Positions 1-10,220 of a DNA stretch of 64,000 nt are shown here, in pieces. Origin of the DNA: Acidobacteriota bacterium (GTDB lineage Bacteria > Acidobacteriota > UBA6911 > RPQK01 > G965218465); the NCBI GenBank assembly GCA_965218465.1, contig OZ244623.1, positions 2,959,549 through 3,023,548 on the forward strand. The letters run 5' to 3'. The translations under genes were made by a program, and so were the position numbers. Positions within the stretch are counted from its first letter, which is position 1. Every line of letters begins with the position of its first letter. The notes beneath the pieces are model-generated. The model was given only the letters and a program-made list of their open reading frames with translations. It ran no database searches and had not been told where the DNA came from.

Positions 1-692
1 AAGTAGATCGAGTTGCTCCTCCAGCGCGGATCGGTTGCCAGGGTGATGGTGGCAAAGTAGCCTTTCGATTCCAGTTCCAGGGCGGCACAATGGACAAACT
101 CCTGTAGCCTGTGGTTCGAAGGATGGTCCTCCAGCCCCAGGGCGTTGACCTCTTCACTCCAACATGTGCCCGGGAGGTCACGGTGGTAGATTCCCGCGCC
201 GATCGCGGCGGAGATCCCATCCCAGTCGATGCTCTTGATGTAGGAAGCCTTCGGCTCATCCCTGCCGGTCACTGGATTTGGGAACGAGTAGTAGAGCCAG
301 CCCTCGCCGAAGCTGCTCACGATACGCTGCCCTTCACTGAAGAATTCGTTGCCGAAGACATCGACCAGCGGTCCCAACGGTAATCCTTCCCTCGAGGGGT
401 CGGGTGGGAAGACGACCAATTGCTCAGTCATGTGTGTCGCTTCGGCGACGAAGACATAGATCTGGCCGCTTCTCCAGCGCTCGTCCTGGTGGAAGGCCCG
501 GCGGGCCTCCTCAAAGCCCACTTCCTGGACGAACTCGTAGGCGCATTGAACGAATGCTTGAATATCCTTCGTTGTGCTCACGGCGCGTGCACCGATGGAA
601 TTGTCCACGCAAGACAGAGGTTGGTCGGAGGCGCCGAGGGTCGGCGGTGCAACGAACAGTAGAATCAGGGGAATCAGAAGACGATGTTTCAC
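1..692 (-). CDS. Partial (3'-truncated by window edge) secreted/periplasmic sCache_2-like sensor-domain protein; GTG start at 692
   Basis: Hand translation of the minus strand from GTG(692): VKHRLLIPLILLFVAPPTLGASDQPLSCVDN... (signal peptide), then ...GEGWLYYSFPNPVTGRDEPKASYIKSIDWDGISAAIGAGIY, which matches the sCache_2 signature (GEGW..Y.WP.P......K.SYVK...WDWV.GSGVY). Open to position 1. In-frame stop upstream at ~866-868. Absent from the ORF track because it runs off the edge. Confidence 0.5.
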   Translation of the reverse strand, partial: MKHRLLIPLILLFVAPPTLGASDQPLSCVDNSIGARAVSTTKDIQAFVQCAYEFVQEVGFEEARRAFHQDERWRSGQIYVFVAEATHMTEQLVVFPPDPSREGLPLGPLVDVFGNEFFSEGQRIVSSFGEGWLYYSFPNPVTGRDEPKASYIKSIDWDGISAAIGAGIYHRDLPGTCWSEEVNALGLEDHPSNHRLQEFVHCAALELESKGYFATITLATDPRWRSNSIY

Positions 693-959
693 CCTAGCCC
701 AAGAACTATCGTAGCCGGTTGGGGGACTGCCAACCACTCCCTCTTGTCTTGGTGTGGCCACACAGTAGGCCGCCCGGTAGGTGTGATGGCGCCGCCGGAG
801 GTTGCTGCACTTAGGTATGGATCGAGGGTGGTCTTTTCCAGGGGAATACTCCCCAGCTAATCACTGCCGAGAAGTAGCCCTGAGGAAACTGAGTCTGCTG
901 CCACTCGGCGAGCCGGTTATCCCAAATTAGCCAGACCTGCCGAGTCCTCGATGCTCCCG

Positions 960-1121
960 GCTCTAGCGCCAGCGCCTTCTGGAAAATTTGACCATATGGA
1001 AATGTAATTGTATTATGACAGTCCCATTGAATTCAGTCATGGATAAATTTATAAGGGTGGCATTTCCTTCCCGGAATTAGAGAGTTTGGGCTGCGGTTGC
1101 CGGGTCGTGGGAGCGCTTTTG
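960..1121 (+). promoter_or_regulatory. AT-rich divergent intergenic region upstream of gltB (putative promoter region)
   Basis: Local AT-rich stretch (tgaccatatggaaatgtaattgtattatgacag...ataaatttataagggtggcatttcc) between the divergent sensor gene and gltB. No convincing sigma-54 TGGCAC-N5-TTGC match seen. Confidence 0.25.
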
Positions 1122-4100
1122 ATGACAAAGAGGCCATCGCAAATGCAGGGTCTCTATGACCCCAGCTATGAGCACGACAGTTGTGGCGTCGGCTTGGTAG
1201 CCCACATCAAGGGCCGGCGGAGCCACCAGATCATCCGTGATGCCGGGGCCGTGCTGGTCAACATGCAGCATCGCAGCGCCTGCGGTTGTGAACCTGACTC
1301 CGGTGATGGAGCGGGTATCTTGACAGCTCTACCCCATGAGTTCTTGGCCAAAGCGGCCACTCGGGATATGCAGGTCGACCTGCCTCCGGTTGGCCGCTGG
1401 GGAGCAGGGGTCGTCTTCTTGCCGCAATTGGCGGCGGAACGGCGCCAATGCAAGGAGGCGGTGAATCATATAGTTCAGCAGCATGGCCAGCGTCTGCTTG
1501 GTTGGCGGCGGGTGCCGGTCGATCCGGTTGGGGCTGGACTGGGCGCAACCGCGCGGAGTGCCGAACCTGTTATACAGCAGCTTTTTGTGGCTGCAGCCCC
1601 TGGAATGAAGCCGGACGCCTTTGAGCGAATTCTCTACCTGATCCGAAAGCGGGCCAGCCATCTCCTTCGAGTTGAGCAGCCGCTGCGGCAAGGAAAATTC
1701 TTTTACATCTGCTCGCTCTCGACTCAACAACTCATCTACAAGGGAATGCTGCGACCGGTGCAATTGATGGACTACTTTGCCGACTTGCGCGACCGGCATT
1801 ACGCCACCCACTACGCCATCGTGCACTCACGTTTTTCCACCAACACTTTTCCCAGTTGGGATCGGGCCCAGCCCAATCGCATGATGTGCCACAACGGCGA
1901 GATCAACACCCTTAAGGGGAACGTCAACTGGATGCGGGCGCGCCAAGGTGTTGCCCACAGCCCCCTGTTTGGGGACCATCTGCGTCATTTGTTCCCGATA
2001 GCCGAGCCGGATTGCTCCGATTCAGGGAACTTCGACAATGTGCTCGAGTTTCTGCGAATGTCAGGCCGATCATTGCCTGAAGCGGTCATGATGATGATTC
2101 CCGAAGCTTGGCAGGAAAACCGGTTGATGGCCGACGATCGACGTGCCTTTTACGAATACCACTCTTGTCTGATGGAGCCCTGGGACGGACCCGCCTCGAT
2201 CATTTTTAGCGATGGCGGTTACGCGGGAGCGGTCCTGGACCGCAATGGACTGCGACCCAGCCGCTACACCTTGACTCATGATGACCGGGTCATCCTGGCC
2301 AGCGAGGTTGGCGTGCTGCCGACGATCCCGCCCAATTTGATTAAGGCCAAGGGGCGTCTCCAACCGGGGCGGATGTTCCTGATCGATTTCCGACAGGGCC
2401 GGGTGGTTCCGGACCGGGAAGTGAAAACATCGCTTGCCCGGCAGAGGCCTTATCGCTTTTGGTTAGACCGTCATGGATTTGATCTCAAAGACCTGACTGG
2501 ACCTCGCCCCACGGCCAGCCTCGACTCACCTACACTGATTGCCCGACAGCGGGCCTTCGGTTACACCACGGAAACGCTCCAGTTCATGCTCTTGCCACTG
2601 GTTGAGCAACGGCGCGATCCAGTGGGGTCGATGGGTAACGATGCCGCGCTGGCCTGTCTCAGCCAACAACCGCGGCTCATTTACGACTACTTCAAGCAAC
2701 TGTTTGCGCAGGTCACCAATCCGGCAATTGACTCGATCCGTGAACAGTTGGTGATGTCGCTTGAATGCTGGATTGGACCCGAGGGTAATCTGCTTGAAAC
2801 TACTGAAGAGCAAGCCAGCCGGCTCAGGGTTTCTCACCCAGTGTTGACCAATCAGGAGTTGGCGGCGATTCAGGCAATGGATCAGGGGGGCTGGCGCACC
2901 AAGACGATCGACATGACTTTTGACCGCCGCAAGGGTTCTCGCGGATTGCGGCCGGCTCTGCTCCGGATTTGTCAGGAGGCTGAGGACGCTGTAAACGACT
3001 ATGGCCTGCTCGTCCTTTCCGACCGGGCCGTGAGTCCACGACGGGTTCAGGTCAGCTCGCTGCTGGCCTGCGGTGCGGTTCACCAGCATCTGGTACGTCG
3101 GGGGAAACGCACTCGAGTCGGAATCGTAGTCGAGACCGGCGAGGCGCGTGAGGTTCACCACCATTGTCTCTTGGTTGGCTTTGGAGCCGACGCCATCAAT
3201 CCCTACTTGGCTTTTGAATCTCTCTGGGAGGCCCGCCGTCAAGGCTGGTTGGCGCCTCCCGAGTTCAACGATGATGCGCAGGTGGTGAAGGCTTATCGCA
3301 AGGGAGTGGCCAAGGGGATGCTCAAGGTGATGGCCAAAATGGGTATCTCAACCTTGCAATCGTATAAAGGAGCCCAGATCTTCGAGGCCCTGGGGCTGGG
3401 TGACGAAGTGATCGATTTCTGCTTCGCCGGCACCTCCAGTCAGATCCAGGGAGTGGACTTCGAGCTCTTGGCTCGGGAGCTGCTCCGTTTGCACCGTCTG
3501 GGATACCCGAAGCGCGGTGATGCTGATGCTTCACTGCCCAATCCAGGTGAATATCATTGGCGGCCCGGAGGGGAAAAGCGGGCTTGGGATCCTGCCACCA
3601 TAGCGAGTCTGCAGGTGGCAGCGCGCGGGCGTGATAGCGACTCTTACGAGGAATTCGCTCGCCGGGTGAACGACGAAAATCGTGACCGCCATACCTTGCG
3701 TGGCTTGATGGGTTTTCGGTCCCGGAGCAATGGTGTTTCGGTCGACTTGACCGAGGTCGAGCCGGCGAGTGAAATCGTCAAACGGTTCTGTACCGGGGCC
3801 ATGAGTTTCGGATCGATCTCGACCGAGACCCATGAAACGCTGGCCATCGCCATGAACCGAATTGGCGGCAAGAGCAATACCGGTGAAGGAGGCGAAGATC
3901 CGGCACGCTTCCAACCGTTACCCAACGGTGATTCTCGGCGTTCGGCCATCAAGCAGGTCGCCTCGGGACGCTTTGGAGTGACCGCCTGGTATCTCACCAA
4001 CGCCGACGAACTGCAGATCAAGATTGCTCAGGGGGCCAAACCGGGCGAGGGAGGTGAACTTCCCAGCCACAAGGTCGACCAAACCATTGCCCGAATTCGG

Positions 4101-5738
4101 TACTCCACACCGGGTGTGGGGCTGATCAGTCCGCCCCCTCATCACGACATCTACTCCATCGAAGATCTCGCCCAGCTGATCTATGACTTGAAGAACGCCA
4201 ACCCATCGGCGCGGGTCAGCGTCAAGCTGGTTTCCGAAATAGGAGTGGGCACCATCGCCGCCGGCGTGGCCAAAGCTCATGCCGACCAGATTCTGATCTC
4301 CGGCGACTCGGGCGGCACCGGAGCCTCTCCCCTCACCAGCATCAAGAACGCAGGCCTTCCCTGGGAACTTGGGTTGGCCGAAACCCATCAGACTTTGGTC
4401 CTCAACGATCTCCGGAGCCGGGTGGTGTTGCAGACTGACGGCGGAATCAAGACAGGCCGGGATGTAGTGATCGCCGGGTTGCTGGGCGCCGAGGAAATCG
4501 GATTTTCTACTGCGCCCCTAATCTCGCTGGGTTGCATCATGATGCGCAAGTGTCACCTCAACACCTGCCCGGTGGGGATTGCGACCCAGGACCCGGTCCT
4601 ACGCCGGCGGTTCAGCGGCAAGCCGGAACATGTCATCAATTATTTGTTCCTGGTTGCTGAGGAAACACGCACGCTCATGGCGCGGCTTGGCTTCCGCAGG
4701 TTTAAGGAGATGATCGGACGGGTCGATGTGATCGATGCCGAGGATGTCATCGGACACTGGAAGGCCGAGGGATTGAACTTGACCCGGATACTGGCTCCGG
4801 CCCAAAAACCGCACGACCGAGTGGCGGTGACCTGCCAGATCGAGCAGGATCATGGCCTGCGCTATTCTCTGGACAACCGCCGACTGATCCGCCAATGCCG
4901 GCCGGCCTTGTTGCGTAGACAGCCCGTGCGCTTGCGCACACCGATTGCCAACACTGACCGTACGGTGGGGACGACGCTCAGTCATCAGGTGGTCAGGACC
5001 TGGGGTGAGCAGGGCTTGCCGGAGGACACTATTCGAATCAAGTTTCACGGCGCCGCCGGCCAAAGTTTCGGCGCTTGGCTGGCCGACGGGGTCACGTTGG
5101 AATTGGAGGGCGAGGCCAACGACTACGTGGGCAAGGGGCTTTCGGGCGGGAAGCTGATCCTCTATCCCCCGGCCGGCAGTGGTTTTCAGGCTCAGGATCA
5201 GATCATCGCCGGCAACGTCGTACTCTATGGCGCCACTTCCGGTCGTGCTTTCTTTCGGGGTCAGGTAGCCGAGCGATTTTGCGTACGCAACAGCGGAGCC
5301 TGGGCGGTGGTCGAGGGAGTGGGAGATCACGGTTGCGAATATATGACGGGAGGCCGTGTAGTCATCCTGGGTCCTACGGGGCGCAATTTTGCCGCTGGAA
5401 TGAGCGGTGGAATCGCCTACGTTTGGGATCGATCTGGCGACTTTCGATCCCGTTGTCATTTAGGGATGGTGGACCTTGAGCCTCTTGTCGCTGCCGACGA
5501 TATCGTCCCTTTGCGCGAGCTGATACGACAGCACCAGTTGCTGACCGGCTCTCCCGTGGCGGCTGCCCTACTGCAGAACTGGTCCCAGAGCCTGAGTCAG
5601 TTCGTCAAAGTGATGCCTAAAGACTACAAACGGGCGTTGGCCCGGCTTCGGGAGTCGGCTGCGACTGATTCGGCAACCAATCCTCGGTTCTGGTCCAGGG
5701 AAGCGGGTACAGGAATGGACGCCGGGCCTCTTAACTAG
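1122..5738 (+). CDS. gltB: Glutamate synthase (GOGAT) large subunit
   Basis: N-terminus MTKRPSQMQGLYDPSYEHDSCGVGLVAH (Ntn-amidotransferase Cys after a short propeptide), FMN/TIM barrel region, GXGXXG-rich C-terminal domain. ~1540 aa. ATG at 1122 preceded by gggag. The track's TTG(1086) is less likely. Confidence 0.93.
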   Translation: MTKRPSQMQGLYDPSYEHDSCGVGLVAHIKGRRSHQIIRDAGAVLVNMQHRSACGCEPDSGDGAGILTALPHEFLAKAATRDMQVDLPPVGRWGAGVVFLPQLAAERRQCKEAVNHIVQQHGQRLLGWRRVPVDPVGAGLGATARSAEPVIQQLFVAAAPGMKPDAFERILYLIRKRASHLLRVEQPLRQGKFFYICSLSTQQLIYKGMLRPVQLMDYFADLRDRHYATHYAIVHSRFSTNTFPSWDRAQPNRMMCHNGEINTLKGNVNWMRARQGVAHSPLFGDHLRHLFPIAEPDCSDSGNFDNVLEFLRMSGRSLPEAVMMMIPEAWQENRLMADDRRAFYEYHSCLMEPWDGPASIIFSDGGYAGAVLDRNGLRPSRYTLTHDDRVILASEVGVLPTIPPNLIKAKGRLQPGRMFLIDFRQGRVVPDREVKTSLARQRPYRFWLDRHGFDLKDLTGPRPTASLDSPTLIARQRAFGYTTETLQFMLLPLVEQRRDPVGSMGNDAALACLSQQPRLIYDYFKQLFAQVTNPAIDSIREQLVMSLECWIGPEGNLLETTEEQASRLRVSHPVLTNQELAAIQAMDQGGWRTKTIDMTFDRRKGSRGLRPALLRICQEAEDAVNDYGLLVLSDRAVSPRRVQVSSLLACGAVHQHLVRRGKRTRVGIVVETGEAREVHHHCLLVGFGADAINPYLAFESLWEARRQGWLAPPEFNDDAQVVKAYRKGVAKGMLKVMAKMGISTLQSYKGAQIFEALGLGDEVIDFCFAGTSSQIQGVDFELLARELLRLHRLGYPKRGDADASLPNPGEYHWRPGGEKRAWDPATIASLQVAARGRDSDSYEEFARRVNDENRDRHTLRGLMGFRSRSNGVSVDLTEVEPASEIVKRFCTGAMSFGSISTETHETLAIAMNRIGGKSNTGEGGEDPARFQPLPNGDSRRSAIKQVASGRFGVTAWYLTNADELQIKIAQGAKPGEGGELPSHKVDQTIARIRYSTPGVGLISPPPHHDIYSIEDLAQLIYDLKNANPSARVSVKLVSEIGVGTIAAGVAKAHADQILISGDSGGTGASPLTSIKNAGLPWELGLAETHQTLVLNDLRSRVVLQTDGGIKTGRDVVIAGLLGAEEIGFSTAPLISLGCIMMRKCHLNTCPVGIATQDPVLRRRFSGKPEHVINYLFLVAEETRTLMARLGFRRFKEMIGRVDVIDAEDVIGHWKAEGLNLTRILAPAQKPHDRVAVTCQIEQDHGLRYSLDNRRLIRQCRPALLRRQPVRLRTPIANTDRTVGTTLSHQVVRTWGEQGLPEDTIRIKFHGAAGQSFGAWLADGVTLELEGEANDYVGKGLSGGKLILYPPAGSGFQAQDQIIAGNVVLYGATSGRAFFRGQVAERFCVRNSGAWAVVEGVGDHGCEYMTGGRVVILGPTGRNFAAGMSGGIAYVWDRSGDFRSRCHLGMVDLEPLVAADDIVPLRELIRQHQLLTGSPVAAALLQNWSQSLSQFVKVMPKDYKRALARLRESAATDSATNPRFWSREAGTGMDAGPLN

Positions 5739-5905
5739 GGTACGGGAAGTGATGTAGCTGAACAGGAAAGTTTCTTGGCCGTGACACGCGGCAGCCGGCC
5801 TGTCACCGATCAGCCGCATTTCCAGCGGGCACACGGCGTGAGTAGCAGGATGTCTTGGCAATCGGCTGCTCACATGCGGCAAACAGTTGCCGAGAACTCG
5901 GGAAG

Positions 5906-7423
5906 ATGGGAAAACCTACTGGTTTCAGGGAATTCGATCGCAAAACCGTCGGTTACCGTGACCCTCTCCAGAGACTGAAAGACTTCGCCGAAATCCTGGC
6001 GCCGACCGATGAAGACCTGCTCCGCACACAGGGTGCGCGTTGCATGGACTGCGGCGTTCCTTTTTGCCAGTCGCACTGCGGATGTCCCCTGGATAATCTG
6101 ATTCCGGAATGGAACGACTTGGTCTATGAGGGTCGGTGGAAAGAGGCCTTGCACCGATTGCACCAAACCAACAATTTCCCCGAATTCACCGGCCGAACTT
6201 GCCCCGCGCCCTGCGAAAGCGCCTGTGTGTTGGGCATTACCGATCCACCAGTCACCATCAAGAACATCGAGAACGCAATTGTTGACCGTGGTTTCGCGGA
6301 AGGCTGGATTCAACCTGATCCTCCCCAACGGCGCACAGGGAAAAGTGTCGCTATTGTCGGCAGTGGACCTTGCGGTCTGGCGGCAGCAGCCCAGTTGAAC
6401 CAGGCTGGACACTGGGTCACCGTCTACGAAAGGGCTGATCGAGTCGGTGGCCTGCTCATGTATGGAATCCCCAACATGAAGCTGGGCAAGGATGTAGTGC
6501 AACGTCGAGTCGACCTGCTGCGCGCGGAAGGCGTGCAATTTGTTACCGGTATGGAGATCGGACTTTCGCGCTTCCCACCGCCGGCCACTGCGAAAAGATC
6601 CCGGGATGTCGAAACAGGAAAGCACCCGGCGCGATTGCTGGAACAGCATGAAGCCTTATTACTTGCCACCGGAGCAACCCGACCATTCGATCCGATCGAG
6701 AATTGCCCAGGACGCCACCTCAAAGGGATCCATCTTGCCATGGACTTCCTGACTCAAACCACCCGGAGTCTACTGGACTCCAAGCTGCGCGCCGGTAGCT
6801 ATTTGTCGGCAAGCAATCGAAAGGTGATCGTGATCGGTGGGGGCGACACGGGAGCCGACTGCATCGGCACTTGCCTGCGTCATGGCTGCTCCGGCATCGT
6901 CAATTTCGAGTTGATGCCAAAGCCTCCGGTGAAACGAAGCAGTAATAATCCGTGGCCTGAGTGGCCGCGTATCTATCGGGTCGAATACTCCCACCAAGAA
7001 GCCCGCCACCGGTTCGGAGAAGATCCCCGGTCTTTTTCCCTTTTGGCCAAGCGCTTCGAGGCCGACGACCAAGGATGGGTGCGAGGTGTGACCACTACAG
7101 AGGTGGATTGGTCCTGTCCCTCTTCAGTAGCGCCTTTCAGCGAGATTGAGGGGAGTGAACGGTTCTGGCCGGCCGATCTGGTCCTTCTTGCAGCCGGCTT
7201 TCTGGGGCCGGAACTTGATTTGACCAGGGGTCTGGGGCTGGAAACGCAGCGTCCTCGTTCCAACTGGGAGACATTTAAGGCTACCGTCCCAGAGTATTCC
7301 ACCAATGTCGAGGGGGTCTTTGCCGCGGGCGATTGCCGCCGCGGGCAATCGCTGGTGGTTTGGGCTATCCAGGAGGGCCGAGGAGCAGCCCGCGCCATCG
7401 ACAAATTTCTCTGCGACCGGTAA
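5906..7423 (+). CDS. gltD: Glutamate synthase small subunit (NADPH-dependent, FAD/[4Fe-4S])
   Basis: [13 protein letters not shown]... Cys clusters ([13 protein letters not shown]...CPAPCESAC), [14 protein letters not shown] dinucleotide fold, directly downstream of gltB. ATG 5906 with gggaag RBS. Confidence 0.93.
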   Translation: MGKPTGFREFDRKTVGYRDPLQRLKDFAEILAPTDEDLLRTQGARCMDCGVPFCQSHCGCPLDNLIPEWNDLVYEGRWKEALHRLHQTNNFPEFTGRTCPAPCESACVLGITDPPVTIKNIENAIVDRGFAEGWIQPDPPQRRTGKSVAIVGSGPCGLAAAAQLNQAGHWVTVYERADRVGGLLMYGIPNMKLGKDVVQRRVDLLRAEGVQFVTGMEIGLSRFPPPATAKRSRDVETGKHPARLLEQHEALLLATGATRPFDPIENCPGRHLKGIHLAMDFLTQTTRSLLDSKLRAGSYLSASNRKVIVIGGGDTGADCIGTCLRHGCSGIVNFELMPKPPVKRSSNNPWPEWPRIYRVEYSHQEARHRFGEDPRSFSLLAKRFEADDQGWVRGVTTTEVDWSCPSSVAPFSEIEGSERFWPADLVLLAAGFLGPELDLTRGLGLETQRPRSNWETFKATVPEYSTNVEGVFAAGDCRRGQSLVVWAIQEGRGAARAIDKFLCDR

Positions 7424-7983
7424 ACCGGCTCTCGGCCCCACTTTGGCAACGGTCATAACAAGCGTCCTGACCCAAGGAAGACCGTAGTCGACATCAATGG
7501 GCTTTGAGTAACGCTCCCCAAAAGCCTCAGTAAGAACAACAACCTCGATCTCAGAGGTTTGCTGTGTTCATGCTGCCAATACGCCCTGATAAACAATTTC
7601 AAACTCTTTTCTTGATTCAACAGGATAATAATCGATTGTCAAGTTGGAATCTTGGAGGTTCAAAGATGATGAAATCATTTACTGAATGAGGTTTCCAGGG
7701 TTGGAATTTCTTGACAGTCAAGATAATTTTATTGTAGAGCTTGGAACACTGTTAGAAAGTCAAACACGACTTGTCTCTGAGGGGGAACCGACATTGCCGA
7801 AACTACGCCTGGAACCTAAGATCAAAGCCCCAATTACGGAAACGGAGTATGGTCAATACAAGGATCTGCTTCAAAAAGCGAAAGCGAACGCAGGCGATCA
7901 TCATGTTCTTGTTGATCTGGAGGAAGGTGAAAACTCCACCTATGTGCGCAAGGCGATCAATTTTGTTGCCGGGAAAGAAGGTA
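7169..7983. repeat. Direct repeat copy 1 (~815 bp, ~96-97% identical to 17734..18549): gltD 3' end + intergenic promoter region + 5' end of wHTH-protein gene
   Basis: By-eye alignment: homology begins at ccggccgatctggtcc (7169 / 17734) and ends at gggaaagaaggta (7983 / 18549). Scattered substitutions and one 1-nt indel, so not an assembly duplicate. Confidence 0.8.
7600..7796 (+). promoter_or_regulatory. AT-rich promoter-like region with TTGACA -35-like hexamer (7711-7716) and strong SD (gaggggga) before a TTG start; duplicated at ~18166..18357
   Basis: ttgacagtcaagataattttattgtagagc; gagggggaaccgacaTTG. Low GC relative to surroundings. The -10 element is not clean. Confidence 0.25.
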
Positions 7984-8078
7984 AGGGGACGGTCATGGGA
8001 ACAGGGGGAGCAGTTTGGAGCGAGGATCGGTTCGAGGGGGTCCAATTCCGGTTTGTCGGCCAAACAAGAGCTGCTTGA
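7797..8078 (+). CDS. Truncated/chimeric paralog of the wHTH protein at 18358..18822 (first 62 aa shared, then unrelated tail); probably a non-functional remnant
   Basis: MPKLRLEPKIKAPITETEYGQYKDLLQKAKANAGDHHV.VDLEEGENSTYVRKAINFVAGKEG is identical to copy 2 up to the repeat boundary at 7983, then diverges. TTG start with SD. Confidence 0.3.
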   Translation, partial: PKLRLEPKIKAPITETEYGQYKDLLQKAKANAGDHHVLVDLEEGENSTYVRKAINFVAGKEGKGTVMGTGGAVWSEDRFEGVQFRFVGQTRAA

Positions 8079-8167
8079 TGTGTCGATTCCGAGCGCCATG
8101 CCCCCTGAGTAGCGCTCTTTGATGATTTATCGAATGGCTGGGACGAATTCAGCCAGCGAGGTAGAGT

Positions 8168-8530
8168 ATGACCAAAGCTGACAAGGACCGTTATCTTGCC
8201 GCCGGCGGCACTCTTGCTACCGTAATCAACGCCTTGGGACTTGCGTTCGGGCTCTTTTACATCGATAGGAATCCCCGGCTCGCCGTGTGGATCGTTGTTG
8301 CCAGTATCGTTATTTACGCTGTTTTGAGGCTCGCCTTGGGCTATTGTGACTTCAAATGGCAGCCCTCCGGATCTGCGGATCAGAGCGATGGCGGTGGCCG
8401 TCTCTTAAAAGGGAACGCTGAGGTCAACTTCCCGGACAAGCTCGTTTATGAGGCAGACCTTTCAGGAACTCGACTGGAGATCGATCTGAGGCGGAAGCAT
8501 AACACCGACTTCATTCCGTCGAGCAATTGA
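8168..8530 (+). CDS. Small membrane protein (2 predicted TM helices), unknown function; first gene of island operon
   Basis: MTKADKDRYLAAGGTLATVINALGLAFGLFYIDRNPRLAVWIVVASIVIYAVLRLALGY... Two hydrophobic helices. Tightly followed by the next ORF (23-nt gap). Confidence 0.5.
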   Translation: MTKADKDRYLAAGGTLATVINALGLAFGLFYIDRNPRLAVWIVVASIVIYAVLRLALGYCDFKWQPSGSADQSDGGGRLLKGNAEVNFPDKLVYEADLSGTRLEIDLRRKHNTDFIPSSN

Positions 8531-8552
8531 TAGTCCGCCAGCCAAGAAAGCG

Positions 8553-10220
8553 TTGATGGAAAGCCTGAACCACGACCGCGACTTCGCCAATCTTCTGCTG
8601 ATCGTTCTGAAGGTTCTGCTGGTCATCTTCATCGGGTTGCAGAGTCTGCTCAATCAACTCGGATTGAGTTCCGATGGCATCACCGGTGTCGTCAACGCGA
8701 CGCCCTCCTCGCAGACGAGCCGCGACGGTGCCTTTCAAGTATCGTTTCATACACTCTTCTACTCCCCGGGAGCCGCATACACGGTCATCGACCTCGACAG
8801 CTACGTCACGGTCTGGCGATGTCTCGAGCAAGGTGCTGCTGATGAGTCCTTCTGTCCGATAACCGATGAGGGCTTGCAGCAACTCGAGAGTCTGGGAAAG
8901 GATGACCTCCTGCCCGACTGGCTTCAGGCCCAATGGAGCCAACTCGACGTTACACGAAAGCTGTCCAGGCCTCAACCGAGGGCGCCGGGTTCCGGTCCAA
9001 GAGCCGGGGAGCGATCGGATTCGCTGCACAATGAGACCTTCGATCTGAATGCGATACCGGGAACGTACCGGGTCATTTACCGCGTCACCTTCGAGGCGCC
9101 GCCCGAGAGTCCTAACCCTGACCGCTACTACGCGCACTGGAAGACGTCTGCCCCCGCTACCGAGTCAGGCGAGCAGTCGGATGGAGACACTTGGGAACAC
9201 CCAACGGGGTTTGAGATCTTCTACGACAGCAAGGATCCGGGGGAGTGGCAACTCCCTCCATTGGAAATCATTCAGGGGCGTTCGGCGCGGATGTCCGCGC
9301 AGCTTGATGGCTTTCGACTCGAGGCAGGAGGGGCTCGCGTCAACGATGGGAAGGCTCGAATCGGGCTTTCGAAGAGAGGCCGGGCCAACTGGGCCTTCGT
9401 CTCGGACTTCAGAAACATCACTTTGGGAAGAGACATTCAACACGACGTACTCATCACATCCAAGATCACTGAGATCGGGGCCAATTTTTTCAAGGTGGAA
9501 GATGATCCCAATCCGATCTTGATCGGGACCGCCGACACTGCGGACAATAGGGAAGTTTATGCAGAGTTCCTGAGATTCGACGATGAGAGCGGAACCTTCA
9601 TCGAGGAAGAATTTCGGGAGATGAACGTTGGCGATGCGGTCTACTATGAATTGAGGCGGGGTTCGTCGCAGCGCGTGGCGCGATTAGTGCGCTTCGGTCA
9701 GAAGGCTGTCCCGGCCACCTTGCCAATCGTCGTCCGCCGAAACCTGCCACCCCGGGGCATCTATAATCCGGCGCCTGGGATTGCGGCGTTCCACTTCCCG
9801 GACGATGCCTATAACCACCCGCTCACCGAGGGTGGAGCGTTGGTCCATTACTTCAATCTCAATTTCCGTATCATCGATCCCGACGGCGCCAATCCTTCAG
9901 GATCCCCCAGTATCCATATTCCAAGAAGCGGATTCGAGAAGGTCGGGACTTGGCCGGAGCACTTCAGTCTCGAAGAGTATAAGAATGACACCCTACTCAC
10001 ATTTACTCCAGATCGTCTCTACGAAGGCGCAGATCAAGAGCAGCGTCTATTAGAGCTTCAACTCAAGGTCTCGGACGAGTGGAACAGGTCGTCGCTGGCT
10101 ACGACCATGGTACTGAGAATCCGGTACCGCACATTGGACACCCTCTACGACGCCATTCGACAGATTCAGGACTTGGAGCTAAAGGTTCTGAGTGGTACCG
10201 GATCGGGAGGCTTGCAGTGA
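8553..10220 (+). CDS. Membrane-anchored (N-terminal TM) 555-aa protein with large extracytoplasmic domain; no recognisable family
   Basis: N-terminal LLLIVLKVLLVIFIGLQSLL anchor. Long ORF with coding-like composition. Stop overlaps the next start (GTGATG at 10218-10222). Confidence 0.5.
   Translation: MMESLNHDRDFANLLLIVLKVLLVIFIGLQSLLNQLGLSSDGITGVVNATPSSQTSRDGAFQVSFHTLFYSPGAAYTVIDLDSYVTVWRCLEQGAADESFCPITDEGLQQLESLGKDDLLPDWLQAQWSQLDVTRKLSRPQPRAPGSGPRAGERSDSLHNETFDLNAIPGTYRVIYRVTFEAPPESPNPDRYYAHWKTSAPATESGEQSDGDTWEHPTGFEIFYDSKDPGEWQLPPLEIIQGRSARMSAQLDGFRLEAGGARVNDGKARIGLSKRGRANWAFVSDFRNITLGRDIQHDVLITSKITEIGANFFKVEDDPNPILIGTADTADNREVYAEFLRFDDESGTFIEEEFREMNVGDAVYYELRRGSSQRVARLVRFGQKAVPATLPIVVRRNLPPRGIYNPAPGIAAFHFPDDAYNHPLTEGGALVHYFNLNFRIIDPDGANPSGSPSIHIPRSGFEKVGTWPEHFSLEEYKNDTLLTFTPDRLYEGADQEQRLLELQLKVSDEWNRSSLATTMVLRIRYRTLDTLYDAIRQIQDLELKVLSGTGSGGLQ

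Noticed and set aside
111-697. Plus-strand ORFs 111..383, 404..697, 420..662 at the left edge
   Set aside because: No recognisable features. They overlap the minus-strand frame, which has a signal peptide plus a clear sCache_2 signature, so the minus-strand gene is preferred.
960-1085. Searched the gltB upstream region for a sigma-54 (-24/-12) promoter, as often found in nitrogen-regulated glt operons
   Set aside because: Only TGGCAT...TCCC is present; there is no TTGC at the right spacing. Not reported as sigma-54.
4599-6649. Minus-strand ORFs 4599..5459 (286 aa) and 5870..6649 (259 aa)
   Set aside because: Antisense to gltB and gltD, whose products are unmistakable. Typical GC-rich shadow ORFs.
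8511-9137. 208-aa minus-strand ORF overlapping the 555-aa island gene
   Set aside because: Lies inside a co-directional plus-strand operon and has no motifs. Judged a shadow ORF; low certainty because the plus-strand gene is itself uncharacterised.
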